From Heterodontus francisci (Eukaryota), in contig NW_027140807.1 of NCBI RefSeq assembly GCF_036365525.1, positions 1,488,001-1,552,000 of the forward strand: a stretch of DNA of 64,000 bases, written 5' to 3'. The position numbers and the translations under genes were made by a program. The notes below the pieces were generated by a model. It was not told where the DNA came from and ran no database searches. It saw only the letters and a program-made list of their open reading frames with translations. Of the stretch, positions 36,509-49,206 are shown piece by piece (positions within the stretch are counted from its first letter, which is position 1; every line of letters starts with the position of its first letter).

Positions 36509-38266
36509 CTTTTACTTTAAGCTGCCCTCTGAATCAGCAAAGAGAAGAGAGCAGGAGTGATGAGTGTTGTCAATAACCAACCCACTCTTTGCAAATCATT
36601 GGGAGGAACAGGGAGAGCATTAGGAAGTGATGCAGAGATGGTGACGCCCAGGTCAACAAGTTAGAGTGGAGTAGGTTGACAACGTCTCTCTCTCTATCTA
36701 TCTCAATCCGCCTTCCTCTCTCTTTCTTACACTTTGTTTCTATCTCTCTCTCTCTCTCTCTGCATGTATCGAGCTTTATGTCTCCAACTCTTTCAATCTC
36801 TTTCTCACTCTGTATCTGTGTCTGTGTGTGTGTGTGTGAGTGTGTGTGTGTGTGTGTGTGTCGTTCTCTCTCTGTCTCCCTCTGTCCCGTTCATTTACGC
36901 TGAGTTTTTCCTCTCTATGTCTCCCTGATTCACTCTCTCTGTCTCTGTGTTTTATCACCGGATGTATTGAGTCCCTGTGCATTGGGGGTTGTTCCCCTCT
37001 GTGCAGTGAAGGTGAGAGGGATATTAACCAGACTGGTGCCAGGGATGAGGGACTTCAGTTACTGTGGAGAGACTGGAGAAGGTGGGGGTTTCTCTACTTG
37101 CAGCACAGAAGGTTAATGGTAGATGTGATACAGACATTGAAGATCATAGAGGATTTTGATAGATAATTGATGACAAACCACATCATATATGGTCAATATA
37201 TAGTTAATCTTTGAAAAGATGGTCATTCATTACATTATTACAGTATGTTTAATCAGTTCATACAAACTGTAATCAGCTAAAGATAGAGTTAGATAGATAG
37301 CGAGAAAGAACGATAGATAACCAGGTAGAGAGATAGATAGATAGACAGTCAGGTACACAGATAGATATATAGAGAGGTAGAGAAATACAGAGATAGAGGG
37401 AAAGTCAGATAGGTAGAGATTTAGCGAGCTAGATAGAGAGGCAGTCACTGCCCATGTAAAAGACAGGGATGTCAATTGGCATTCTCTCATTTTACACCGG
37501 CTTTGTAGCTAGTGGGAGAGAGAGGGAGGGAGAGCGAGGGAGAGTGGGGATGGAGAAAGAGGGATGGCGAGAGGGGGAAAGAGGGGGATGGAGAGAGGGA
37601 TGGAGAGAGGGATGGAGAAAGAGCGATGGAGAGAGGGAGCGACAGGAAGTTATTGATCATTCCTGATCTCATTGAAGGTCGGAGTTTTTCCGAGGTGATG
37701 AATGGTCTCCTTGTGTTCCCAGGTCACTGTTAAAGTGTGTTGCAGACTCTGATGTTTATCATGGTCCTACAGTGCACTCTGCTGTCCCTTTGGAGAAAGG
37801 AAACACAGTGANNNNNNNNNNNNNNNNNNNNNNNNNNNNNNNNNNNNNNNNNNNNNNNNNNNNNNNNNNNNNNNNNNNNNNNNNNNNNNNNNNNNNNNNN
37901 NNNNNNNNNNNNNNNNNNNNNNNNNNNNNNNNNNNNNNNNNNNNNNNNNNNNNNNNNNNNNNNNNNNNNNNNNNNNNNNNNNNNNNNNCAGTCTTCTCCT
38001 TTCTGGAGCAAAGATCCCCCAATGTTCAAATTAATCTTCATAACTTTAACCTCTGTGTTCATGTTAAGTGTATTTCGCAATTTCCCTGTTCTTCTTTCTA
38101 ACCTGCGACCTTCTATTTAAATCCACCCTGTCTTCTTGCGGAAAACATGATCCCAATGATAAAAACACCCAACAGGACGCAGCACCGCCTGGTTTTATCT
38201 AAAACAGGTGTTTCCTGCTGCCTTTGGGGTTTTTATTGAACTGTTCCAATTCTCTGAGTCAGTGTG

Positions 38267-38708
38267 AAGTCTCCAGGCTCAGAAATACACGGCCGAGTGA
38301 TTCTCCCGCAGGCTGGAGGTCTCCAGATTGAACTGGGAGTCAGTCGGTCTCTCGGCGGTGAAACCGCCCACCGTCCCCTCTGGATCCACATAGTTAACAG
38401 TACTGGAGTAAAACATCAACAGCGGCTCCTTCCCCGGGTATTGTCTGTACCAGTACTTGGAGAGGTTACTGCTGCTCCCCTCCACGGTGCACCTCAGTTC
38501 CACTCATTTCTCGGGAAACCTGGAGACTGCGGCGGAAGTCTGGTGGATAGTCTGTGAGTTCACATCTGGGAGAGAGATGGAGAGAGGAGGAGATCAGTAA
38601 ACAGGGAACTTCTGGGAATGGAAGGGAGACAGGGAGAAGACAGGAAGGTTCTGAAGGATAATCTTTGTATCCTTGAACCAGAATTATCAGAGCCAGGAAC
38701 AGATACAT
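38267..38708 (-). pseudogene. TRBV: TCR beta V pseudogene V14 (family F)
   Basis: TGA at 38504-38506 and second Cys changed to TGA at 38279-38281; leader donor missing; RSS 38228-38266 decayed (CACACTG-23-ATAAAAACC). Confidence 0.9.
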
Positions 38709-39620
38709 CTCCCACTTGACACTGCCCTCTCAAACAGCAAAGGAAGTGGAACAGAGGAAATCAGTTCTGTGACTAACCAATCCGCTCTTTCCAAGTCATT
38801 GAGTAAAACATGAAGGGCATGAGGAAGTAATGCAGTGTTGGACACGCCCCTTCCAGCACCCAACCAATCAGAATGGACGTGGTTGCTTATGATGGTTGAG
38901 TGACTGGAGTAAGTGTTGTTAACATCCCCAACAAGGGTGTCTGTTGTTCAGTTTCGAATTTGCTGATTAGAAATCTCCAATTGTACATAATGAACCTCAT
39001 CGGCATTCCCACATTAGCCACATGTAGATTTCCAATTACAGACATCTGCATTCCAAATGATCTGCTCCTGTAGGGGATGTATTAGTGTGTGGCTGACTTG
39101 ACTAGATTCTTAATCCACAGCCTCGGCTAGAGTTATAGCGACGTGGGGCGGGGGAGGAGGGGGGTGAATCCCACCAACACAAATAATGACATTTCAATGT
39201 CATTAATAAATCTATATTTTCAAAAGAATCTCGTCTAATGGTGACCATTGTTGCAACAATCCATCTCGTTCACTGATGTTAGGGAAGGAAATCTACCGCC
39301 TTCACCTGGTCTGGTCTACACAATGTGGTTGACTGTTAAATGCCCTCTGGAATGGCCAAGCAAGTCACTCAGTTCAAGGGCAATTAGGGATGGGCAATAA
39401 ATGATGGCAGAGCCAGCGAGGCCCACATTCCATGAACGAATTAAGAAAAACAGCCAGATGTTGATTCACAAATGGTCAGGTGGGACTCCTGGCAAACGTT
39501 TTCTGCAACATTGGCCCGAGGGAAGTAGGTGGAACAATATCTGGGTCACACTGGGCTGCTGATCTATTCTACAGCTTGGTCTGTGCTCATTACTGTGCCC
39601 ATCACCATCAGGGAGGATCA

Positions 39621-41010
39621 AATCTACTGCTGCCCACTGCCGGGGGAAGATGAGCACTGAGATTCAATCTACTGCTGCCCACTGCCGGGGGAAGATGAGC
39701 ACTGAGATTCAATCTACTGCTGCCCCCTGCCGGGGGAAGATGAGCGCAGAGATTCAATCTACTGCTGCCCCCTGCCGGGGGAAGATGAGCACTGAGATTC
39801 AATCTACTGCTGCCCCCTGCCGGGGGAAGATGAGCGCAGAGATTCAATCTACTGTTGCCCCCTGCCGGGGGAAGATGAGCACTGAGATTCAATCTACTGC
39901 TGCCCCCTGCCGGGGGAAGATGAGCGCAGAGATTCAATCTACTGCTGCCCACTGCCGGGGGAAGATGAGCGCAGAGATTCAATCTACTGCTGCCCCCTGT
40001 CGGTGGAAGATGAGCACTGAGATTCAATCTACTGCTGCCCCCTGCCGGGGGAAGATGAGCGCAGAGATTCAATCTACTGCTGCCCCCTGCCGGGGGAAGA
40101 TGAGCACTGAGATTCAATCTACTGCTGCCCCCTGCCGGGGGAAGATGAGCACTGAGATTCAATCTACTGCTGCCCCCTGCCGGGGGAAGATGAGCGCAGA
40201 GATTCAATCTACTGCTGCCCCCTGCCGGGGGAAGATGAGCGCAGAGATTCAATCTACTGCTGCCCCCTGCCGGGGGAAGATGAGCACTGAGATTCAATCT
40301 ACTGCTGCCCCCTGCCGGGGGAAGATGAGCGCAGAGATTCAATCTACTGCTGCCCCCTGCCGGGGGAAGATGAGCACTGAGATTCAATCTACTGCTGCCC
40401 CCTGCCGGGGGAAGATGAGTGCAGAGATTCAATCTACTGCTGCCCCCTGCCGGGGGAAGATGAGCGCAGAGATTCAATCTACTGCTGCCCCCTGCCGGGG
40501 GAAGATGAGCGCAGAGATTCAATCTACTGCTGCCCCCTGCCGGGGGAAGATGAGCACTGAGATTCAATCTACTGATGCCCCCTGCCGGGGGAAGATGAGC
40601 GCAGAGATTCAATCTACTGCTGCCCCCTGCCGGGGGAAGATGAGCGCAGAGATTCAATCTACTGCTGCCCCCTGCCGGGGGAAGATGAGCACTGAGATTC
40701 AATCTACTGCTGCCCGCTGCCGGGGGAAGATGAGCACTGAGATTCAATCTACTGCTGCCCCCTGCCGGGGGAAGATGAGCGCAGAGATTCAATCTACTGC
40801 TGCCCCCTGCCGGGGGAAGATGAGCGCAGAGATTCAATCTACTGCTGCCCCCTGCCGGGGGAAGATGAACACTGAGATTTAATCTACTGCTGCCCCCTGC
40901 CGGGGGAAGATGAGCACTGAGATTCAATCTACTGCTTCCCCCTGCCGGGGGAAGATGAACACTGAGATTTAATCTACTGCTGCCCCCTGCCGGTGGATGA
41001 TGAGCACTGA
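39621..41010 (-). repeat. 45-bp minisatellite, 31 units, tandem CTCF-like motifs
   Basis: Unit GATTCAATCTACTGCTGCCCCCTGCCGGGGGAAGATGAGC(ACT/GCA)GA; 1390 bp / 45 = ~31; ends 20 bp from the V15 nonamer. Confidence 0.96.
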
Positions 41011-41030
41011 ACTCCCGTTCATCCGCTGCA

Positions 41031-41069
41031 GGTTTTTGCAGCTGTGGATCCGTTTTCTCAAACACTGTG
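41031..41069 (-). other. 23-RSS of V15
   Basis: CACAGTG-23bp-GCAAAAACC. Confidence 0.95.
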
Positions 41070-41803
41070 TGATACTACAAGTGCAGAAATAGACAGCGGT
41101 GTGAGATGGAACGGCGTCTCTCAGTGCCAAAGTAAACAGTGTATTGCTGGCTCTGTCTGCCTTAAATGACTCGGACGTGTAATTAGTGACAGACCCTTCT
41201 GTAGCAGAAAAGAACAGAGCTTCCAGTGCCCTGTCTGGTTGTTGTCTGTACCAGTACATTCTTGTATAGCCAGTATTCTTCAGCGTGCATCTGAGTGTTG
41301 TCGACTCTCCTGCTGCAATCGATAGGATAGAGGGCGACTGTTCCACATAGGAGGAGAGTATTCCTGTGGAATGGAACATCGATTAGATTATTATTTCAGT
41401 CAATAATGGATTGGAGCAGGGACTGCATTGCAAAAAAGAAAGGGCTTACATTAATATAGCGCCGTTCAGGACCTCAGGACATCATGAAGGGCTTTGCAAC
41501 CAATGTAGTTACTCCCTCAGTACTGTCTCTGCGACAGTGCAGCACTCCCTCAGTATTGCCGCTGCGACAGTGCAGCACTCCCTCAGTACTGCCTCTGTGA
41601 CAGCGCAACACTCCCTCAGTCCTGACACCTGGGGTGTTAGTTTTGACTTTGAGCTCAAGTGTTCTGGAGTGAGACTCTGACACAGGAGTGTTACGGAACA
41701 GAATCACCGCTGACATTGCAATACATTATTCTACAGTTTCAGACTTTGACTTACGTGGGAACAGGGCAGCCATCAAGATTAGACAGAGAACTTCAAGCAA
41801 CAT
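41070..41803 (-). CDS. TRBV: TCR beta V segment V15 (family E), open frame
   Basis: Leader 41755-41803 MLLEVLCLILMAALFP; V exon 41070-41363 ending YFCTCSI. Confidence 0.88.
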
Positions 41804-44013
41804 GATTTCTTCATTCGATACTAACTCGATGTGTGAACGTGTGGAGTTTTCAACAACACACTTGCAGGCGGTTTCTATATTGTATCCAATTAAATACCCA
41901 ACATCCGGTTGTCATTGTGATTGACAGTCACTTACTGCGACACTCTGCTCCACCCCATTACATTGCATAGCAATGTTGTTGAATGATACAACACAGGAGG
42001 ATAGGGGGAGATTGAATAGAGGTGTTCACATTTCAGAAAGGGATTTGATAGAGTAGAATTCAGGGAAACACCCCTCTATACCCAGAGAGTGTGCCCATCC
42101 CTTATTGCCCCTGAGAAGGTGTTGGTGAACCATTTTCGGGAATACCTGCTGGGCCATATCAGAGGGCAGTTAGTAGTCAACCACATTGCTGTGGGTCTGC
42201 AGTCACATATAGGCCAGACCGGGTAAGGACGGCAGATTTCCTTCCCTGAATGTCATCAGTGAACACATTGGGTTTTTACGACACTTCATGTTCAGGATTA
42301 CTCATGCTTTCTCTGATAGATTTTTATTTATTTAATTAAATTTAAATTCCATTTCTGCCCCTGCTGAGAATTGAACTCATATCTGGGGATCATTAGTCCT
42401 GGCCTCTGGATTAGTAGTCCAGTAACATAACTGCTCTGCTACCGCACCTCCGTGGTGAATGAGAGTTAAGGGGTTAAATTGTTTCCTGGTCTGAACTGCT
42501 AGTTTCCTTGAAGCACACATCAAATGTGACTCGAGTCCGAGATGGAAGTGGGTAAACAGTTTTCAGCAGCTTCTGAATTCGCCGTCAGGAGGCAGATGTC
42601 CCAGTCCCAGAGATGAATGTATCTGGAGAGGGGTCTCACCTTTGAACAGTGTGAAACAGCGCTCAGATGGTTAAGTGTTCTGAGCTGAGTTGGTTCCTGT
42701 ACATTGTGGGGGGTGGGGGGGGGGGGGTGTCGCCTCTGTGTAGTGAAGGTTAGAGAGAGAATAACCAGACAGGTACCTGGGATGAGGGACTTCAGTTACT
42801 GTGGAGAGACTAGAGAAGCTGGGGGTTTCTCTCCTTAAAGCAGAGAAGGCTAATGGTAGATGTGATGCAGATATTCAAGATCATAAAAGATTTTGATAGA
42901 TAATTGATGACAAACTATATCATCTATTGGTCAATATATAGAAAATCTATGAAAAGATGGTCATTCATTACATTACTGCAGTATGTTTAATTAGTTCATA
43001 CAAACTGTAATTACCTAAAGATAGAGTTAGATAGATAGAGAGGCAGAGAGATAGATAACCAGGTAGAGAGATAGATAGATAGAGAGACAGAGAGATAGAT
43101 AACCAGGTAGAGAGATAGATAGATAGAGAGACAGTCAGGTAGACAGATAGATATAGGGAGAAATAGAGAAATAGAGAAATAGAGGGAAAGCCAGATAGGT
43201 AGAGAAGTAGCGAGCTAAATAGAGAGACAGTCACTGCCCCTGTAAAAGACAGGGATGTTAATTGGCATTCTCTCCTTTTACACCGGCTTGTTAGCTGGAG
43301 TGAAAGAGAGGGATGGAAAGAGAGCGAGGGAGAGAGATGGAGAGAGAGAGAGAGAGAGGGAGAGAGGGGGATGCAGAGAGGGAGCGACGGGAGATTATTG
43401 ATCAGTCATGATCTCATTGAAGGGCGGAGTGTTTTCGAGGTGATGAATGAACTCCTTGTGTTCCCAGGTCACTGTTAAAGGGTGTTCCAGACACTGATGT
43501 TTATCATGGTCCAACATCGCACTCTGCTGTCCCTTTGGAGAAAGAAAACAGAGTGACAGAAAACCANNNNNNNNNNNNNNNNNNNNNNNNNNNNNNNNNN
43601 NNNNNNNNNNNNNNNNNNNNNNNNNNNNNNNNNNNNNNNNNNNNNNNNNNNNNNNNNNNNNNNNNNNNNNNNNNNNNNNNNNNNNNNNNNNNNNNNNNNN
43701 NNNNNNNNNNNNNNNNNNNNNNNNNAATCTGTAATAATCTCTCTAAGACCGCTGAAGGTTTCTGTCTCTCCTTTCTGGAGCAAAGATCGCCCGATGTTCA
43801 AACTATCTTGATAACTTTGACCTCTGTGTCCTGCTTTCATTCCTGTCAAGTCTATTTTACAATTCCCCTTTGTTTCTATATCGAACCTGTCTCTTTCTAT
43901 TTAAATCCGCCCTGTCTTGTGAAAAACACGTTCCCAATGATAAAAAAAAACACCCAACAGGATGCAGCACCGCCTGGTTTTATCTGAAACAGGTGTTTCC
44001 TGCTGCCTTTGGT

Positions 44014-44137
44014 GTTTTTTGTTGAACTGCTCCATCTCTCTGAGTCACTGTGATCTCTCCAGGCACAGAAATACACGGCCGAGTGATTCTCCCGCAGGCT
44101 GGAGGTCTCCAGTTTGAAGTTGTATTTATTTAGTCTT
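44014..44137 (-). pseudogene. V16: 3' relic of a family-F V with intact RSS
   Basis: LNKYNFKLETSSLRENHSAVYFCAWRD at 44053-44135; RSS 44014-44052 CACAGTG-23-ACAAAAAAC; the 5' part is replaced by CR1 (~44138-44470, +). Confidence 0.88.
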
Positions 44138-47100
44138 TGGGAGTAGATAGAGAGAAACTATTACCGCTGGTTTGGGAATCTAGGACTAAGAGGCAAAGAC
44201 TAAAAATTACAGCCAGACCTTTCAGGAGTGAAATCCAGAAACACTTTTACACACAATGGGTGGAGAGGTTTGAACTCTCTTCTGCTAACGGAAATTGATG
44301 CTGAATCAATTGTTAATTTGAAATCGGAGATGGATTGGTTTTTGTGATCCAAAATATATTAAGGGATATGGGGCAAAGGCGGGAATATGGAGTTAGATCA
44401 TAGATCAGCCATAGTCTCATTGAATGGTGGTACAGATTTGAGGGGCTGAATGGCCCCTTCCTGTTCCTGCCTTTGTCTTAGCAGTTTCTGCTGGCATTGA
44501 ATTCTGTATTTTGGGTAAAGAATTCTCCTCAACTCCCTATCGGATTTCAGTTTTTCTCAGCGTTTATTCTGTGTTTTATTCCTATCCTCTTCGTCCCCTA
44601 GTCTTTGTACAATCAGCTAATGGGAACAGTTTTTCTTTGTCTACTTTATCTAAACCTCTCTTCATTTTGTACACTTCCGTCAAATCTCCCCTCAATTTCC
44701 TTTGCTCCAAGGAGAACAACCCCAGCTTCACCAAACTAACCATGTAGCAAAAATCTCTCATCCCTGGAACCATCCCGGTAAATCTCCTCTGCACCCTTTC
44801 AAGGACCCTACATCCTTCCTAAAGTGTGGTGACCAGAACCTGGCTCAGTACTCAAGTTGGGGCCTAACCAGAACCTCATATATGTTGAGCATAACCACCC
44901 TGCTTTTGTACTTTATACCTCTGTTCATGAATCCCAAGATCCCATAAGCTTCGTGAACCTCTCTCTCAATATGTCCTGCCACCTTCAAAGATCTATGCAC
45001 ATTAACCCCCAGGTCCCTCTGCCCTTGAACACTCTTCAGGCCTGTGTCATTAAGTCTGTATTTCCTCTCTGTCTCCCTTCTTCCAAAATGCATCACCTGA
45101 TAGCAATGTAGTTCACTGTTAACTGCCTCTGAAATGGGCGAGCAAGTCATTCAGTTAAGGGCAATTCGGCATAGGTAATGAATGCTGACCTTGTCAGTGA
45201 TGTGCACATCCCTGAATGTGTTTCTTTATATGAAATTCCTCCTTCTCCATTTTTCTTTCACTGTTTACTGACTTTGCTTCCCCTCTTTACTTCCTTCAGA
45301 TCATCTGTTTTAGTATATCACAAGTGTTTGCTCAAACCAGTCACTATGAACGTGCAGACTTGGGGAAATCCAGTTGTCTATTTTGTGTGGAATGGTTATG
45401 ATTCTAATCTGTTTCAGTGTTAGTGGAATTGACTATTTGGTAGATTGGTCAAGTCACTGCTGCTTTGCTCGCTCAGTCTTTACAGAAGCGAGTGGGACTC
45501 AGGCTGCGGTGGAGCTCCATCCCCATCTCGTGGCTGCAATGTGTAACTACAGGCACCTGAGATTTGCACAGTGCAATTGATAAAATAGGCATTATGAAGA
45601 CATGCTTTGAAATTGCTCCGTCTTCCCATTTTTTATCCATTGCTTCAGTTGGTGACGCTGGTGACATCGAATTAGATAGAATTTGCAGCACAGATTCAGG
45701 CTATTCGGCCCGATGGGTCCATGTTCCAGACTAGGCTGGGGCAGATGGCAGTGCAGTTGGCATATCACTGTGCCAGTAAACCAGAGGCTGGGGAGAATCT
45801 CCAGGTGAAATGCGTTCGAAACTCACCAGGTCAGATGGTGGAATTTAAATTCAATTAATGAATGAATACAATTATTGCATTGGAAAATCTGCAATTGAAT
45901 GCTAGTCTCAGTTAAGGCGCCCTGACACCCAGCTGGCTCGCTCATGTCTTTTAGGGAAGGGAATCCGCCGCACTTACCTGGTCTGGCCTGCATGTGACTC
46001 CAGACCCACAGAACACAAGAAATAGGAGCAGGTGCAGACCATATATCCCATCGAGCTTGCTACATCATTCAATACAATCATGGCGGATCTTGGGTTTCAA
46101 TTTCACTTTCCTGCCTGCTCCCCATATCCCTTCATTTCCTGAGGGATCAAAAATCCCAGCCTTAAATGTATTCAGTGAAGGAGCATCCACAACACTCTGG
46201 GGTAGAGAAATCCAAAGTTTCACAACCCTTTGAGTGAAGTCATTTCTCCTCATCTCAGTCCGGAATGACTGATCCCTTATCCTGAGATTTCTCACTGCCT
46301 CTTTTCTTGAAAAGCCGTGGAACATTTGTCAGCTTTCAATCCGATGGGACCATTCCTGAATCTAAGGAATTCTGTAAAATCATAACCAGCGCCCCCACTC
46401 TCTCTGCAGCTATCTCTTTTAGAACTCTGGTATATAATCCATCTGTTCCAGGGGACTTGTCAGATTTTAATCCCTCAAATTTCTCCAAAACTTTTTCTCA
46501 ATTGATATGAATATCCTTAATTTCCTCACTCTTTTTAGGCCCCAGATAACTGCCTATTTCTGGGATGGAACTTGTGTCTTCAACTGTGAAGACAGGCGCT
46601 AAATATTAGTTCAATTCCCCTGCTATTTCCCCATTCCCCATGGTGATTTCGCCTGTCTTTACCTCTAAGGGACCAACGTCAACTTTAGCTACTCTCTTGC
46701 TTGTTATGAAAAAGCTCCGACCATCTGTTTTTATATTGCTGGTTAGCTTATTCTCATATTTTATTCCCACATCCGATGAAAGAACATAAACAATGTCTTC
46801 ATCCAGCCCTATCAGTATGAGGTGCTATTTCCTGCTGCCTAATGTTTTTATCCAGCATCCATTTACATATATCTGGTTATACACATCATTTATTTCTGTG
46901 TGCTAGTGAATTCCACATTCTCACCACTCTGTGTAAATTCATTTCTTGGAGTTATTAGTGAGTATGATGTATTCATGACCTTCCCTGCAAGTGCAGACAT
47001 CTTCTATTCCTCTACCCTATCATATTCCTTCATAATCTTGAACACCTCTATCAGGTCACCCTCAGCATTGTCCTCAGCACTTCAGGTGTCGTCTAAACAA

Positions 47101-47401
47101 AGTACATAGAGCTGGGAATTGTGCACAGTGCTCCAGGTGTGGTCAAACCGAGGTACGGGTTGAAGAGCCGTTCGATGAACCATTATTCAGGTGTGGGCAG
47201 AGACAGTGTGTGTTGCCTGTCTGGAGGTTGTGGGGAGTTAGAACATGGGCGTTCTGCCACTCGAACGGGCACTGAACAGATGCAGATCCGCATCCGATCA
47301 GCCAGGGCTGCTCTTCACCGAATGCTGGGTTAAATGCACCCGTTTGAAGGGAGACGTGTGAGGGTTTTTGTCAAGGCGGACAATGACTCTGAACCGCTGT
47401 G

Positions 47402-48135
47402 TCCCATCACCAGCTGCACAGAAATACACCGCCTCGTCCGTGGCGTTCACACTCTCGATCGTCAGAGTGGATTTCTTATTGTCCAGAGTCCTGGTAATAA
47501 CAAACCCGCTCTTAAAACCCTCTTCATACTGAGGTTCATTGCTTAGAAAGTTAAACCCGATTAACAGGAATCCTCTGCCGGGGGACTGACGATACCAGTA
47601 CATGTAGTTGCGAATCTTTCCTTTCTGCAGACAGTTCATTTCCACGGGTCCTGGTTGTTTAACAGCCAGTGACTGAGGCCATTGATGTATCACATCACCC
47701 CGGCAAACACCTAGAAAGAGAAATTAGAGGGAATGAACTAGTATCGATGGAGTTACAATTGCGACGATGGGCGTCGGTGTTGCACCGAATTAACGACGGA
47801 AATTCGGTCTGTGTCCTAATTTCCTGCAAGTGCCTGGATCTTTACAACTGTAAAATAGAATCGTGGAATCCACAAGCTTGCAAGTGGGTGCAAACATTAA
47901 AGAGTTAACATCATATTAATAACACTTGTCTTCCCAAACTAGGGGACAGATTAATGAGTTCTCTGTCTGATATGAAATAATCGATTACTGATTTCACAAG
48001 TCACTGCCGCTCAGTTTTATTGAGATCATTAATCATCCCTTTCAGTTGATCAAATGTAGAAGAGTGATTGGGACAGAGTGTTAACCTACTCAGCCCCAGA
48101 AGGGAAATAGCAAAGACGATGAAACTGAAAAGCAT
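47402..48135 (-). CDS. TRBV: TCR beta V segment V17 (family A, duplicate of V1)
   Basis: Leader 48090-48135; V exon 47402-47710; RSS 47363-47401 CACAGCG-23-ACAAAAACC. Confidence 0.9.
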
Positions 48136-49206
48136 GTTTGCGGTGGATCTGAGAGACTTTCTGCTGGTTACTCTGGGTTTTAAGGGAGGGAGAGAGATGA
48201 GGTGTAGGCAGAGCGGATCGTCATCAGAGGAAGTTCTCTCAAGGCAATGAGCCCTGCCCCTAACTTTAAGTTGTCCCCCATTCTTTCGTTTGCTTCCTTC
48301 CGCCCCTTTCCACTTTTTTCTTCTCTCCATTTTCCTCCTTCCACCCCACTTTCTACTCCTCTGCAAATATCTTCACTCTCTTCCCTTTGTGAGATTGCTT
48401 TCATGCCGAGGCGAGGGGAACTGTGTTGGAGAAGGTGGGTGAAAATACAAGGGGCGGTGCAACGAGAGCTGCTTTGGGTGTCTCCAGAGGTAGCGGTGCA
48501 GAACAGGGGATTATTAACATCCTTTTGCAAATTAAAATCAGTAGTGGAGGAAGAGAAGGTGGATAGTTCGATGGCAGCGGAGGCGGTTCATGTAACATCA
48601 CTGTAAAGTGGAAATCTAACTGCATTTAGCATTGAAAGTGGAATGATTGCAGAAGCAGAGGAATTGGCTCATTGATCAGCGGCGCCAAAGCCTGTGGTGG
48701 CGCGAAATACCGTGGAGCCATAGCGCCGACCAGTGGCAGCATTGTGCAACTGCAACAAGCTGTGTTTGTTACTTTCCCAGTGAAACCCATTGCTCTTTCG
48801 GAGAGCCAGTGCAGACACGATGGGCCGAATGTCCTCCTCCTGCGCTGTAACAATTCAGCGATTATGAATGTCGATGACAACTGGCAATATTTTGATTTCA
48901 ATTGTTAACCAGATGATCAATATTGTGTAATATTTCTGATGGATTCAAATGTTACAGGATGATATTCTAAGATACTAAGATGTATCTATCCATTGGTCTG
49001 TTTATATCTCTGTCTTTCAGGCTACCGAGCCATCTATTTATCTCTATAAGAGCTGGTTGGCAGCTGAAAGATACAGATGTAGACTCGCAAAGGCAACCAG
49101 ACAAAGTCAGACCCCGAGACGGCGAGGAGATGAACAGAAGAGGATAGCTGCAGCAATGAACCTGAGTGGTTATTGTCATAGTGTGGAAGGGGTTTGAAGC
49201 ATTGTG

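Noticed and set aside
39621-41010. CRISPR-like array
   Set aside because: Units are head-to-tail with no unique spacers, there are no cas genes, and the context is vertebrate.
39608-41065. 485-aa and 410-aa repetitive ORFs over the minisatellite
   Set aside because: A 45-bp unit is a multiple of 3 and stop-free in these frames on both strands; there is no gene context, so these are repeat artefacts.
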